From assembly GCA_964015875.1 (NCBI GenBank), contig CAXHEV010000009.1, positions 7,497 to 71,496 on the forward strand: a DNA stretch of 64,000 bases. The letters are read 5' to 3'. The notes beneath the pieces were generated by a model. That model had not been told where the DNA came from, searched no databases, and saw only the letters and a list, made by a program, of their open reading frames with translations. Positions 1 through 10,265 of the stretch are shown here, one piece after another; within the stretch, counting starts at the first letter, position 1, and each line of letters opens with the position of its first letter. The position numbers and the translations under genes are program-made. The DNA is from an uncultured Candidatus Poseidoniales archaeon. Lineage in GTDB: Archaea; Thermoplasmatota; Poseidoniia; Poseidoniales; Poseidoniaceae.

Positions 1-291
1 TTGGCGGAGGTAAAGAATGCATCCATAGCCTCGATCGACAACCGCTTTCATAGCCGCCTTGAGCTGGGGGCCACAGTCACATCTCGAACTGCCAAAGGCA
101 TCACCTGTCAAGCACTCGGAGTGCAAGCGCACCAGCACAGGATCTGGCCCTTTCATCTCACCGAGTGTGAGCGCTACGTGATCAAAACCCGTTTCATTTT
201 CGTGAAAGACACGGATGTTGAAGTCACCGTGTACGGTTGGTAACCTCGCCTCGCTAGGGACGGAACCTCGTTCAACTACAGGAGGGGTCAT
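1..291 (-). CDS. ribA: GTP cyclohydrolase II (partial, runs off window start)
   Basis: Manual translation from ATG at 291: [24 protein letters not shown]...[26 protein letters not shown]...ILYLRQ, the RibA signature. Not in the ORF track. Confidence 0.95.
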   Translation of the reverse strand, partial: MTPPVVERGSVPSEARLPTVHGDFNIRVFHENETGFDHVALTLGEMKGPDPVLVRLHSECLTGDAFGSSRCDCGPQLKAAMKAVVDRGYGCILYLRQ

Positions 292-542
292 GAGGTCACC
301 TCCACGAGGAAGCAGTATTCGCCCATACTTTCTTCTATAGAAATAAGACGGTGTCCTGAACGGTCGATCAGCATCGGTAAATCGTGCAACACTTCAGGGT
401 CATCAGCAAGCAACTCAAGCACCTCTCCCTTGACCATGGTCGTGAACGCTTTCTTGGCTTCAGCAACGGGCACTGGGCAAAAAAACCCAATGACATTGAG
501 CCGGTGTGTTGGCTGCAGGGAGCCCTGTGCTCCTGTACCCAT
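288..542 (-). CDS. TusA/SirA-family sulfur carrier protein
   Basis: [12 protein letters not shown] (CPxP) ... ELLADDP motifs. Start taken at MGTGAQ (542); its stop overlaps the ribA start (ATGA). Confidence 0.85.
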   Translation of the reverse strand: MGTGAQGSLQPTHRLNVIGFFCPVPVAEAKKAFTTMVKGEVLELLADDPEVLHDLPMLIDRSGHRLISIEESMGEYCFLVEVTS

Positions 543-678
543 CACTTCGACCACGATACTTCCAATCCCTCCCTTGCTATGAAACTCACCATTCGCCATC
601 CTTGCAAACCTCCGGGGAATAGATAACAATGGCTTGAAGTTCCCGCAACTTGATGAGGAGGGACACTCACCCCTAAGC

Positions 679-1740
679 ATGGTGTCCACCACCTCATCGT
701 CACAAAACCCCGACGATTTAGCGTGGTCAGAAGTAGGCCAACTTGGTCTACGTTATGCCAGAATACCTCTGGCGTTGTTGTGTGTTGAGGCTTTTTACTG
801 GTTCATCACCATGCCATCGGACACCCTTGGCCCAATCCAAGTCACGGAAGCATGGATCTGGAATGAAATGACCAACCTCATTTTTGGTGAGGGTGCGTCC
901 ACGCTTTCGACCCATAACGGTTGGATGACCCGTATTGAACTGAACCACGTTGATTTCCCTGGAAGTTTCAACCATGTTGCGTTGTATGTTTCTGATGAAT
1001 GCGCTGGGGTTCATGAAATGATTTTCCTTTCAACGCTTGTCGCTATGACCGAAGGCGTCCCACAGAAACTCAAGATTCGTTCGATTATTGTCATGTGTTC
1101 AATCATCTATGTGTTGAACATCATGCGTCTGGTTGTGTTTTATCCGATTGCGGTCCAAGAATGCGTAGTCATGCCAAACCAAGCTGAATGCCTGATACCA
1201 ATGTGGGAATGGCACACTGCTGTATACCAATGGGGATTCTTAGTTGTCCTCGTGGCCATGTGGCTGGTTTGGTTTTGGAAAGTTGGCGGACCAGCACGAA
1301 CACTCGATGCTTCTACCGCCCCAGTTGAATCATGGCGCATGGTGTTCCGGCGCAACTGGCTCAAGCAGCACTTTGCCTTGATTCTAGTCGCCTTGGTTCT
1401 CGTTGCTGGTGGCGCTTACAATGTGACAAGCAGCAATGAAGCAAATGAAGCAAAGTCAACACTTGACACCTGTCAATTCCTTGATTTGGTCAGTTCAGAG
1501 TGTACACAAGCACAGAAGGATTGGGACAACGCCATCGAATCCGCATGGTCACTGGCTGCCATTGGTTTGGTAGCAGGAGCGTTCGGTGCTGTGGAATTCC
1601 AGCGACCAGATGAGCATGGCCAATGGCCTACGAACAAGGAACAGGATCAAGGTGCAATCGAAGAGCGAAAAACACCCACATCACGCCATGATAGCAAACG
1701 GAAAGGTTCCTGGAAGAGCAGGAATTCCGAAGAAGAGTGA
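679..1740 (+). CDS. Exosortase/archaeosortase family protein
   Basis: Multi-TM protein with VSDECAG (Cys), LNIMRL (Arg) and EWHT (His) in family spacing. Start may be 634 or 679. Confidence 0.85.
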   Translation: MVSTTSSSQNPDDLAWSEVGQLGLRYARIPLALLCVEAFYWFITMPSDTLGPIQVTEAWIWNEMTNLIFGEGASTLSTHNGWMTRIELNHVDFPGSFNHVALYVSDECAGVHEMIFLSTLVAMTEGVPQKLKIRSIIVMCSIIYVLNIMRLVVFYPIAVQECVVMPNQAECLIPMWEWHTAVYQWGFLVVLVAMWLVWFWKVGGPARTLDASTAPVESWRMVFRRNWLKQHFALILVALVLVAGGAYNVTSSNEANEAKSTLDTCQFLDLVSSECTQAQKDWDNAIESAWSLAAIGLVAGAFGAVEFQRPDEHGQWPTNKEQDQGAIEERKTPTSRHDSKRKGSWKSRNSEEE

Positions 1741-1741
1741 A

Positions 1742-3163
1742 TCACTCTACGATGGTCGCAGCAACACGTTGGCCAGCCATTTCTCGCTTTTCAAGCGCTT
1801 TAATCGCCAGTCCAACTTTGCTTGTGTGGATGCTGATGTAGGTAGAACCGTCGTCAAAGTGAACGTCACCAATCGCCATTTCATTGCAGCGAAGTGCTTC
1901 GGTAAACCAGCGTGAAACATCCAGTGAGGAGCCAGCAGTTGCTGGATCAATATCGAGGTGAAGCTGGACAAATCCGAACACATCTGCGGTTTCGCCAAAG
2001 TCATCCTGACGCTTGACAGGGTCTCTGTCTGTTCCTTCTGGAAGCTCAGGCGCCTCAGTTTCAACAATGTCAAGACCATACGTGGCCATGATTTTGGAGA
2101 GCTGGGGTGCGTCGTCTCTTGAGACAAGGCTCCATGCCTGCCCTTGACGACCAATTCGGCCGGTTCGGCCGACACGGTGAACAAAGGAATCCAAATCCAC
2201 AGGAAGATCGTAATTGACGACAAGGGTGATGCCATCAACGTCGATTCCACGGGCTGCAACATCTGTGGCAACAATGGTCTTGATTTCTTCAGCCTTGTAG
2301 CGCTTGAGAATCTTCTCTCGTTGATTTTGACTCAGGTCGCCATGAAGGCCTTCAACAGAGAATCCATGCTTTGACAACCGTTGAACGGCCAAATCGACCA
2401 TACGCTTTGTGTTGCAGAAAATAATAGTTTGATCTTGGTCATTCATACGGGAGAGAAGACGACCAAGAACCCACAACTTGTTCGCTCGACCGATGCGTAC
2501 GCTGTACATGTCGATCGGTGGAATGTCGAGTTCCTCTGTGTTGGTGAGAACGAATTCAGGTTCGTTCATGAATTCATTCGCAGTGTCAATAATTTCCTGA
2601 GGGAAGGTGGCAGAGAAGAGGAGTGTTTGACTTCTCGCTGTCATTCGTTCGATGACCCACATAATGTCCGGGAAGAAGCCCATGTCCAACATACGGTCAG
2701 CTTCATCCAAGCAAAATAAGGATGGCGAAGTGAGGTCGATGTGACCTCGTTCGCTCATGTCCATGACACGTCCAGGAGTACCGACAATGATGTCGACACC
2801 GTCGCCGAGCGAACGTGCCTGCTTTTCGAGGTCAGTACCACCGTACACGGTTTGAATGGAAAGTCCAGAGTTGCCTTGCAGAGCGTTCAATTCTTGAGCT
2901 ACTTGGTTGGCAAGCTCTCGGGTCGGTGCGAGAATAAGGGCTTGAAGAGCGCCGGTTGGAGCGCATTTCTCAAGGATTGGAAGTCCGAATGCTGCCGTCT
3001 TACCCGATCCCGTCCGTGCTTGGCCGATCACGTCAAGGCCACGGCGAGCGATTGGGATGGTGTCTTTTTGGACCTGGGTTGCATGAGTCCATTCAAGCGA
3101 GGCAAGGCCGTCAAGAAGTGAACTGGGTAAGTCCCAAGAGTCGAAGCGGGTTTTGGTGAACAT
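1742..3163 (-). CDS. DEAD-box RNA helicase (DeaD/CsdA-like)
   Basis: Q motif, ARTGSGKT, PTRELA, DEAD, SAT, HRVGRTGR; DbpA-like C-terminal domain. Start MFTKTRF at 3163 with SD GGAGATGA. Confidence 0.95.
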   Translation of the reverse strand: MFTKTRFDSWDLPSSLLDGLASLEWTHATQVQKDTIPIARRGLDVIGQARTGSGKTAAFGLPILEKCAPTGALQALILAPTRELANQVAQELNALQGNSGLSIQTVYGGTDLEKQARSLGDGVDIIVGTPGRVMDMSERGHIDLTSPSLFCLDEADRMLDMGFFPDIMWVIERMTARSQTLLFSATFPQEIIDTANEFMNEPEFVLTNTEELDIPPIDMYSVRIGRANKLWVLGRLLSRMNDQDQTIIFCNTKRMVDLAVQRLSKHGFSVEGLHGDLSQNQREKILKRYKAEEIKTIVATDVAARGIDVDGITLVVNYDLPVDLDSFVHRVGRTGRIGRQGQAWSLVSRDDAPQLSKIMATYGLDIVETEAPELPEGTDRDPVKRQDDFGETADVFGFVQLHLDIDPATAGSSLDVSRWFTEALRCNEMAIGDVHFDDGSTYISIHTSKVGLAIKALEKREMAGQRVAATIVE

Positions 3164-3217
3164 GGTATCATCTCCGTCTCGGTTGTGCGAGTGGGTCGCC
3201 GAGACGGTGGCAACCCA
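3164..3217 (-). promoter_or_regulatory. Putative 5'-UTR pseudoknot/switch upstream of DEAD-box helicase
   Basis: Stem 1 UGGGUUGCC/GGCGACCCA; its loop CCGUCUC is complementary to downstream GAGACGG, which abuts the SD. Confidence 0.55.
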
Positions 3218-3228
3218 ATCGAGTGGAA

Positions 3229-3444
3229 TCAGTAGTTGTCGCGCTCTGCGATTTCTTGCTGTAGGATGCCCATCCAATACTTGCGTGCATTTTCACGGGT
3301 GAGTGGGCGCTTGGTTTGTCGAACGTGTTCGAGAATGTATTGTCGGAACTTGAGCGACTTGTTGCGGTTGACACCCTTAGGGGTGATCCCATCCCACAAG
3401 CGGTCGAACTGTTCTTCTTTGTCGTTAAATGCATCTTCACTCAT
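3229..3444 (-). CDS. Small hypothetical protein (71 aa)
   Basis: MSEDAFNDKEEQFDRLWDG..., preceded by GAGGTG SD, fills the gap between co-oriented genes. Confidence 0.7.
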   Translation of the reverse strand: MSEDAFNDKEEQFDRLWDGITPKGVNRNKSLKFRQYILEHVRQTKRPLTRENARKYWMGILQQEIAERDNY

Positions 3445-3537
3445 CGAAAGCACCTCTAAGCATTCCGGCCACTGATGCTCCCTTCTTAACCATGCCGACA
3501 TGAAAAGCACTGAGAAAATGGCACTAAGAAGATGAAA

Positions 3538-4872
3538 TCAAAAATATTCATCGTCGTCATCAGGCTCATCGTCATCGAAATCATCAGTATAGCCCATCAT
3601 CTCATCTTGAGACACGGCCTTGTACGCCCCAGCTGCAGGCTTAGGCGCTGGCGCTGGTACATCAGCCGGCTTTGGAAGGGCTTCAGCACCGGGTGAGCCG
3701 TCGGGTCGAGTTGGTTGAAGACCAACGGTTTTGCCGTGTGCTTCTGCGATTTCACGATCGATTGCAGGAACTGCAGGGGCTGGTGCGAGTTGGGCGTTCT
3801 TTTGCGCTTCAGTTCCATCGATAGAAGCATCGAATGTCATTTCATTAAGCGAAGCGATGATGCTCGAATCGGTTTCGGTCTTGAGAAGGTCAGCAGCCAT
3901 GGTCCTTAGGATATCTTCACCAAACAGGCGAGGGAGCAGGTCGACACATGCCTTTCGAACTTGCAAATCCGTCGATTTTGTCCCCTTGACCACCAATTCT
4001 CGAGCCCGTCCATGGTCAGTATCAACTGTCTGTAAGGCCTTAATTCCGCTCAGGCGAACCTTTGAATCCGCATCGACCATGGCACGTTCAGCAAACGCTG
4101 TTGCAATTCTAGACTCCTTTTTGGCAAGGCTTGGCAAGGTTTTTGCAGCAATCCTTCGAACTTCAACATCTTCGTCATTGAGCGACCACGAAATCAAGTC
4201 CCAGACAGGCGATCCGCCTCGCTGAACAATACGTCGTAGCAATCCAGCGGCCTTTCTCCTTAGCTTCGGGTCTTCCTCGAGCAGCAAGGTGTCAACATGG
4301 TGGACGACCACCTCCGGCCATGTTTCACACAAACCATTGAGTCCTTTCCATGCTGCATCGAACCGTTGACGATGGGTTGAACGCAGTTCATTTCCCAGAA
4401 TAGTTTCCACCGCAGACGGGAATACAGGCGCCGTGACAGCAAGACAACGACTTGCCGCACTGCGAACATTTGAATCCCTGTCGTCAAGGAGCACTGAAAG
4501 CCAATCAAACAGTTCATTCGACTTGCGAACGGCAATTTCGGGAAGCACATCTAACGCCGCTGCACGAACCTCGCCATCATCTTGTTCAAAGGCGAGCATG
4601 AGCGCAGCGTGGGCTTCGTTGATCAATCGTCCACTAAAGCGACCCAAAGCGCGAACACCAGCGGCCTGATTGTGCGTGTGGGTTTTGTCGAGGTATCGAG
4701 ATTGAACGCTATCAATTTCTCCCAAGGCAAGAGGGAGGACATCCGCATCAGCGATACTTACCCAAGGGCCTATTTCGCTGACGATTTTCCTGTCTGCCTT
4801 TTTGCTTCGACTGACATTAAGAGGTAATCCAGTGCGCGGGTCACGTGCAATATATTCGCGTACCATTTTCAA
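3538..4872 (-). CDS. HEAT-repeat protein with acidic tail
   Basis: Recurring LxDxDxxVRxAA units; Pro/Ala linker; DDFDDDEPDDDDEYF tail. Confidence 0.85.
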   Translation of the reverse strand: MKMVREYIARDPRTGLPLNVSRSKKADRKIVSEIGPWVSIADADVLPLALGEIDSVQSRYLDKTHTHNQAAGVRALGRFSGRLINEAHAALMLAFEQDDGEVRAAALDVLPEIAVRKSNELFDWLSVLLDDRDSNVRSAASRCLAVTAPVFPSAVETILGNELRSTHRQRFDAAWKGLNGLCETWPEVVVHHVDTLLLEEDPKLRRKAAGLLRRIVQRGGSPVWDLISWSLNDEDVEVRRIAAKTLPSLAKKESRIATAFAERAMVDADSKVRLSGIKALQTVDTDHGRARELVVKGTKSTDLQVRKACVDLLPRLFGEDILRTMAADLLKTETDSSIIASLNEMTFDASIDGTEAQKNAQLAPAPAVPAIDREIAEAHGKTVGLQPTRPDGSPGAEALPKPADVPAPAPKPAAGAYKAVSQDEMMGYTDDFDDDEPDDDDEYF

Positions 4873-5018
4873 CCCTCCAACGCGGCGCAGCAGTTCGTAG
4901 CCAATGAACCTATGGACGACGCTCTTCCTTTACATTTCGAGGCCATATCAATGATGTAGATGAAGGTTGAGAGACGACGGCGCGCAATGCTCTTCAATCG
5001 CACCGCGAGTCCAAAGGC

Positions 5019-8000
5019 ATGGTCAGCACCCGCGGAAGCAACCTTGCCTTCGTTTTCTGGGCAGTTATGGCCATGGCATTGATGCCCTATTCAGGGTCCT
5101 TCGAAGCTGACTCACATGAGGAAATGGAGGACATAACACCCTCTGTGAAAACCATCAAAGCATCAACTGGATTCAATGCGAGCGATGGCTTCACCCCCTC
5201 GAACATAACGGTGACCAGCAGCAATGGAGCGCCTTTACTCGACCGACCAAGCATTTCACCACAGAGCGTTGCCAGTCCTGCCATGATGTTCGAGCGGACG
5301 GGTGGATGCTTGGAATACAACAGCCTTACGGATGAAGCTATGCTGATCGGGGGCCGTTATGACCCAAACCCAAGTGCCTCCGGTGATGAATCACAAACCA
5401 ATCTTATCGAGTTGTTTGATGTTGGGAACGAAACATGGTCGCCAAGCCCAGAAACCATTCCGCAAGCTCAAGCCTATCACGAATGCGTGGAAGTTGATGG
5501 TAAGATATACGCCATAGGTGACCACCATGCATTCTCCAACCCTGGCGTACGAGCAGATGGTGTTGTTCACATTTACGACCCGATGACCAACAATTGGACG
5601 ACAGGTTCAACCATGCCCGCCACCCTAGGGGTTGGATTGGCAGGCATGGACACTTTGGATGATTTCATTTACGTCGCTGGAGGTGTTGGTCGTTGGGACC
5701 GTACTGATCTCTCCAACAGAACGCTGAGGTATGACCCCGCCACAGATGTTTGGGATTCAATGGCCAACATGAGTGCTCCACGCCACTCGTTTGAATTGGT
5801 TGCCTTCCACGGTAAGTTGTATGCGATTGGCGGTATTGTTCGAATGTTTGATGTTACCCTCAACCAAACCACAGTCGCTCCCGCAAACCACACAGAAGTG
5901 TACGACCCGGCGACCAATACATGGACCAATGGGACAGATTTACCATTCAAAATTGCAGCCCATGCAGCGGTCGTTCACAATGATGAAATTGTCATCGCTG
6001 GCGGCCTATCAAACAGCGGAAAATACGACCAAATCAGAGGCTACAATCCGATAACAGGTCGGGTCTACAATCATGGTTTATTGCACAATGCAATCTATGA
6101 CTTTGACATGATCAACGTCGATGGCTCCCTTATTTATGCAGGTGGAGATACATCGAATTGGAGGTTCAGTTCCTGGAGCACTGCATACTCTGACGTGAGT
6201 GGAATTTATCATAATCCTGACATGCAGAGCGGTGCCTTGCTTTCCGACATATTTGACCTGCGAACTGGTTCAGAAGCAAGTGCTACGCCATTGTGGATTG
6301 ATTTTGCTGGAGCAACACCTACCGGGACGACCCTCGAAATGCAATACCGTACGGGTGCAGACACAGTTGGAATCGGAAACAGCCTTTGGAGGCCTTTGGG
6401 CGTCAACCAATCATCCGAATACCTACAACTTGGCAACCATACGTTCACCGATGTGACCCCCGGTGATAGTCTGATTCAGTATCAGATTGAATTCACGACT
6501 CAGCGATTGAATGATTGGATCGTCCCATCACTCAACACCATTACAGTTGGTGCTGAAGAAGCAAGATTCCTTACCTCACCGCCAACAAGTCTGAATCCAA
6601 ATGCTGCTTTATCGACTGTGCAGACCTTCCATGCTGCATACGGGTCTGCTTCATCCTACAGTTTGGAGGTCAAGCCAACGACCTATGATGGGTTTGGAAT
6701 CATAGGTCTCGACCCCGCCATACTCACCTACACACCTTCGACCAACGCGTTCTATGTCGAAGACCCAGACGGATTGCTCCGGGCCGCTGACCGAGCGGCA
6801 TCAATCACTTTAGGCGAGCAGGGAGATACAATGGATTGGTCCTTCGCCATCAATGACGGTATTGCCACCCCCTACCTGCAGATGACCGTTGAGACCAACA
6901 GCAGCGTGACCACCTCCTACACCACATCAACCATTACCGTCATTGACAAGGAGATGACTGTTGAAGTGCTCGAGTTGACATCCTCGATGAGCAGTCAAGG
7001 TGGTGCAATGGTCTCTGAAAACGAAGTCTATCCGGGCGATGCCCCAATGACAGCCATCGTCGACCACGCATTCACGAATTCTGATGCTCGCTTGCTGAAT
7101 GGCCTGATAGAAGCGAGAATAAATGTGGATGTTGAAGCGACACAAGATCTTGGGGGAGGCATCTACACCAACCCCGGCACATGGACACCGCTGACAACTG
7201 GTTCGACGACTGCTATTGATTTTATTTTACCAAACGGCACGTCTGGTGAAGCAATGGTCTGGCTCGAAGCACGAACTTCTGACGATCTTGTCTTGGATGT
7301 CCTTGCTTACAATCGTTCAATCATCATCAACAATGAAGGCCCAGTCCTCATGAGTACCACGCCTTTCTATGGTGCCTATTCCAACGAACAGAGTGTCCGC
7401 GATGTTAGCCTCACCTACCGAGATGTTGGAGGATTCTCAAACTCGACGGTACAGGGACATATCTGGATTGAAGCGCTTCACGATACATCACAAGACGGAA
7501 TCTCTGACGCCAGTGAATACCAGCCTCACCCAATTGCTTTCACCAATGTGGAACACGACTGGACGATCTCGATGGAGGTCAATGACTCCGCAAATGCTGA
7601 CCATCAAACGGTCAGGGTTTGGCTTCAAGGAACGGATATGGCAGGTTATGCCATCGAAGATTCAAACGCTGAAAACGGGACATTGTGGTGGGAAAGCCGA
7701 ACTCCGGAAAAGGGTGATTTGGTTGACTTTCAGGGCGTCAATGCTACAGGAGAAATAACTCGACTCGAACCAACAAAATCATTTTCATGGCATGTGGAAG
7801 TTACCGATACCAATCGATTAAGCGACATCACCCGAATTAGCCTGATGCTTGGCAACGATCCAACCCTTGGTTTGCGATACAACACCAATCTCCAAACCTG
7901 TGAGGCACTGGATGCACGAATTCAGGTGTTGCCGACGTGTACCGCAAGCGGGCAGACAAGCCTTAGCATTCACTTTGCGGGAACCATCGACTGGACTTTC

Positions 8001-9620
8001 GTGACACCGTCAACCCATGATGGCCAAATTGAAATCATCATCCAAGATTATGATGGAATTGAATCCTTCGTGTTCCAAGATGAGTGGACCTATGAGGCGG
8101 AAATGACCGTAGGTCTCATGTCGCTTACTGACGCCGAAGGCGCTGTTCAAGGAGATTTAATCGAAGGGTGGAGCATTGCATCGGGTGAGACGATTCAACT
8201 CAACGCTACGATTGGGCATATGCTGAGCAACACTACATACTCTGGCCCGGTCTCTGTGTATTGGAGTGGCCAGTTACAAAATGACCGCTGGTCAGGAGGC
8301 ACCTCTGGAACGGCTATTGATGGTCATCTTTCCATAGAATTCCAGGCACCTCTTGGAGCAGGTTTGTTGTTTGAAACTGAACTTTCGATATGGGACCCTT
8401 ATGCAACAAGAGAACTGCTGAGCATCGATATACCAACGCTGCGCATCGATGGCGCAGCACCTAAACTTCTCGACTCGACCCTTGGCGCAGGCACGTCGAG
8501 ATTCCACCTGAGCGAAGTAGAAATCGGTGTGAACATCGAAGAAGCGAACCTTTGGTCGTCGAATCTCACGCTTACTTGTCAGGTTCGTTCACTTGAAGTG
8601 GAGTGGGAACCACTGACCATGAGCAAAGAATCCTCCACCGTGTATGACGGCAAGACCATGTTCTCATTTGTCTTTGATTTTAGTGCACTTGGTGACCCTT
8701 CGGAACTGCCAACCCAAGCCAACATAGCTTGCTGGGCTGAAGGCCAAGATGATGCTGGTTTTACGCTTCAAGCGACAACCGGAAATTCAGCACTTGACCC
8801 GTGGCTGATCCTTCCATTGAACAGTATAGGGCCAGACGTGACCATCACAGAGGTTGAGGTCAGTGGCAGTCAAAGCGAAGGTGGTACGATGCGAATCGGA
8901 ATCAAATTAGCAAGCCTAGGTGAAGCCATTGATGACCAATTCAACGTCTCGATTTACACCGATACAAATGGAGAGCGAACCCTTGTTGGTCGCGAGGTTG
9001 TGGCTTCAATAGGCCCAAACACCGCCATCACACTGCGCAGCACAATTACGGTTCCCACTGGGTCATGGACGCTTCATATCGAAGCAGATGCTGAACAACA
9101 GATGTGGGAAGTCGATGAGACAAATAATGCATGGAATCGGAGTTTTGCCACCCAAAACGATGGCTTTGGTTCTGTGACCCTCGTTGCGGGCGGCGGCATT
9201 GGATTGGCATTGGCCGGAGTGCTCATCGTCCAGTTGCGAAGGCGAAAGTCTGAATCAGACAATATTCACAATGATGAGCGAGAACCTGAAACAGCAATCT
9301 CCCCTGCAACAACCACACCCCTCAAAGGCCCTCCAAAGCGGTCAACTCAGCCCAAACCAAAACCTGCGGGTCTGAAAGGGCCACCCCCTCGATCTAAGCC
9401 TGTTCAAGAGGAGCCTGCAGTTGACGGGGCTGCTGCTCTTGACGCATTGGTACCAACTCCACCAGCAACTGAGTTTGCGATTGGGTCCACCGTACCTGAA
9501 TGGTCTGGTTTACCTGCAGGTGGGGAATACGATTATACCCTCGATCAGACCCTTTACAAGGGCGAAGAGTGCGGGGTTTGGCTCATGAATGAGGACAAAA
9601 CCTTCACGCGAATTGAATAA
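5019..9620 (+). CDS. Large secreted Kelch-repeat surface protein with CARDB-like domain and C-terminal membrane anchor
   Basis: Signal peptide; Kelch blades (IYVAGG...YDPATDVW); C-terminal WEVDETNN CARDB motif; TM followed by RRRK; Pro-rich tail. Confidence 0.85.
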   Translation: MVSTRGSNLAFVFWAVMAMALMPYSGSFEADSHEEMEDITPSVKTIKASTGFNASDGFTPSNITVTSSNGAPLLDRPSISPQSVASPAMMFERTGGCLEYNSLTDEAMLIGGRYDPNPSASGDESQTNLIELFDVGNETWSPSPETIPQAQAYHECVEVDGKIYAIGDHHAFSNPGVRADGVVHIYDPMTNNWTTGSTMPATLGVGLAGMDTLDDFIYVAGGVGRWDRTDLSNRTLRYDPATDVWDSMANMSAPRHSFELVAFHGKLYAIGGIVRMFDVTLNQTTVAPANHTEVYDPATNTWTNGTDLPFKIAAHAAVVHNDEIVIAGGLSNSGKYDQIRGYNPITGRVYNHGLLHNAIYDFDMINVDGSLIYAGGDTSNWRFSSWSTAYSDVSGIYHNPDMQSGALLSDIFDLRTGSEASATPLWIDFAGATPTGTTLEMQYRTGADTVGIGNSLWRPLGVNQSSEYLQLGNHTFTDVTPGDSLIQYQIEFTTQRLNDWIVPSLNTITVGAEEARFLTSPPTSLNPNAALSTVQTFHAAYGSASSYSLEVKPTTYDGFGIIGLDPAILTYTPSTNAFYVEDPDGLLRAADRAASITLGEQGDTMDWSFAINDGIATPYLQMTVETNSSVTTSYTTSTITVIDKEMTVEVLELTSSMSSQGGAMVSENEVYPGDAPMTAIVDHAFTNSDARLLNGLIEARINVDVEATQDLGGGIYTNPGTWTPLTTGSTTAIDFILPNGTSGEAMVWLEARTSDDLVLDVLAYNRSIIINNEGPVLMSTTPFYGAYSNEQSVRDVSLTYRDVGGFSNSTVQGHIWIEALHDTSQDGISDASEYQPHPIAFTNVEHDWTISMEVNDSANADHQTVRVWLQGTDMAGYAIEDSNAENGTLWWESRTPEKGDLVDFQGVNATGEITRLEPTKSFSWHVEVTDTNRLSDITRISLMLGNDPTLGLRYNTNLQTCEALDARIQVLPTCTASGQTSLSIHFAGTIDWTFVTPSTHDGQIEIIIQDYDGIESFVFQDEWTYEAEMTVGLMSLTDAEGAVQGDLIEGWSIASGETIQLNATIGHMLSNTTYSGPVSVYWSGQLQNDRWSGGTSGTAIDGHLSIEFQAPLGAGLLFETELSIWDPYATRELLSIDIPTLRIDGAAPKLLDSTLGAGTSRFHLSEVEIGVNIEEANLWSSNLTLTCQVRSLEVEWEPLTMSKESSTVYDGKTMFSFVFDFSALGDPSELPTQANIACWAEGQDDAGFTLQATTGNSALDPWLILPLNSIGPDVTITEVEVSGSQSEGGTMRIGIKLASLGEAIDDQFNVSIYTDTNGERTLVGREVVASIGPNTAITLRSTITVPTGSWTLHIEADAEQQMWEVDETNNAWNRSFATQNDGFGSVTLVAGGGIGLALAGVLIVQLRRRKSESDNIHNDEREPETAISPATTTPLKGPPKRSTQPKPKPAGLKGPPPRSKPVQEEPAVDGAAALDALVPTPPATEFAIGSTVPEWSGLPAGGEYDYTLDQTLYKGEECGVWLMNEDKTFTRIE

Positions 9621-9668
9621 ACGAAATTCTTGGCTTACCTTCTTGAACAGTGAGTCCATCATCGAAGC

Positions 9669-10265
9669 ATGGCCAACGAGGACGTCGAGGATATTCTTCG
9701 AGTCTTGGCGATTTGCTTTAGGGAGGGACAAGCACTCGACGCGATGGACATCGAGCGCATTCTCTCGTTTGACATGGAATGGGTGTCACCAGATGAGGCT
9801 GAACTCGCCGTGCAAGCACTCGTCAAAGCTGGGTGGCTGACAGGCTCACAAGACGCACTCGAATCAAGCGTTCCACTTGCGGGAACGACTTCGCCTCTGG
9901 GATGGCACCCACGCCCGTCGAGATTGCTGAACCCGGTCCATGTGGACAAGGTTGGTTCTGAATCTGAATCTACAGCATCAACGCCAGAAATTCGCTCCGC
10001 ACCCCTTCCAGTACCTTCGAAACCTGTACAATCACCAACCGTCCCGAATCCTGCAAATGTGGATGACCCACGTGCCAAACTGACACCAAGACTGACCAAG
10101 TTCATTGCTAAGCAATCTCAGTTGGAGATTCAAGAAGTGGAGCGCAGAGCTCAGCGAAAAGCCAAGGCGTTGAATTATGCGAGCCATTGGGTTTGTTTGG
10201 CGCTTGTTGCACGAGAACAAGGTCTGGTGATGGATGACATTACTGCAGCGCTGTCTGTGTATTGA
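9669..10265 (+). CDS. DUF2240-family archaeal protein
   Basis: LSFDMEWVSPDEAELAVQALVKAGWL N-terminal motif and ALVAREQG C-terminus. Confidence 0.7.
   Translation: MANEDVEDILRVLAICFREGQALDAMDIERILSFDMEWVSPDEAELAVQALVKAGWLTGSQDALESSVPLAGTTSPLGWHPRPSRLLNPVHVDKVGSESESTASTPEIRSAPLPVPSKPVQSPTVPNPANVDDPRAKLTPRLTKFIAKQSQLEIQEVERRAQRKAKALNYASHWVCLALVAREQGLVMDDITAALSVY

Noticed and set aside
1-243. Plus-strand 80-aa ORF in the track
   Set aside because: Antisense shadow of ribA, which has clear motifs on the minus strand.
3538-9620. HEAT solenoid plus beta-propeller pair as a membrane-coat-like system
   Set aside because: The Kelch propeller follows a signal peptide and is extracellular, while the HEAT protein is cytoplasmic; adjacency is the only link.
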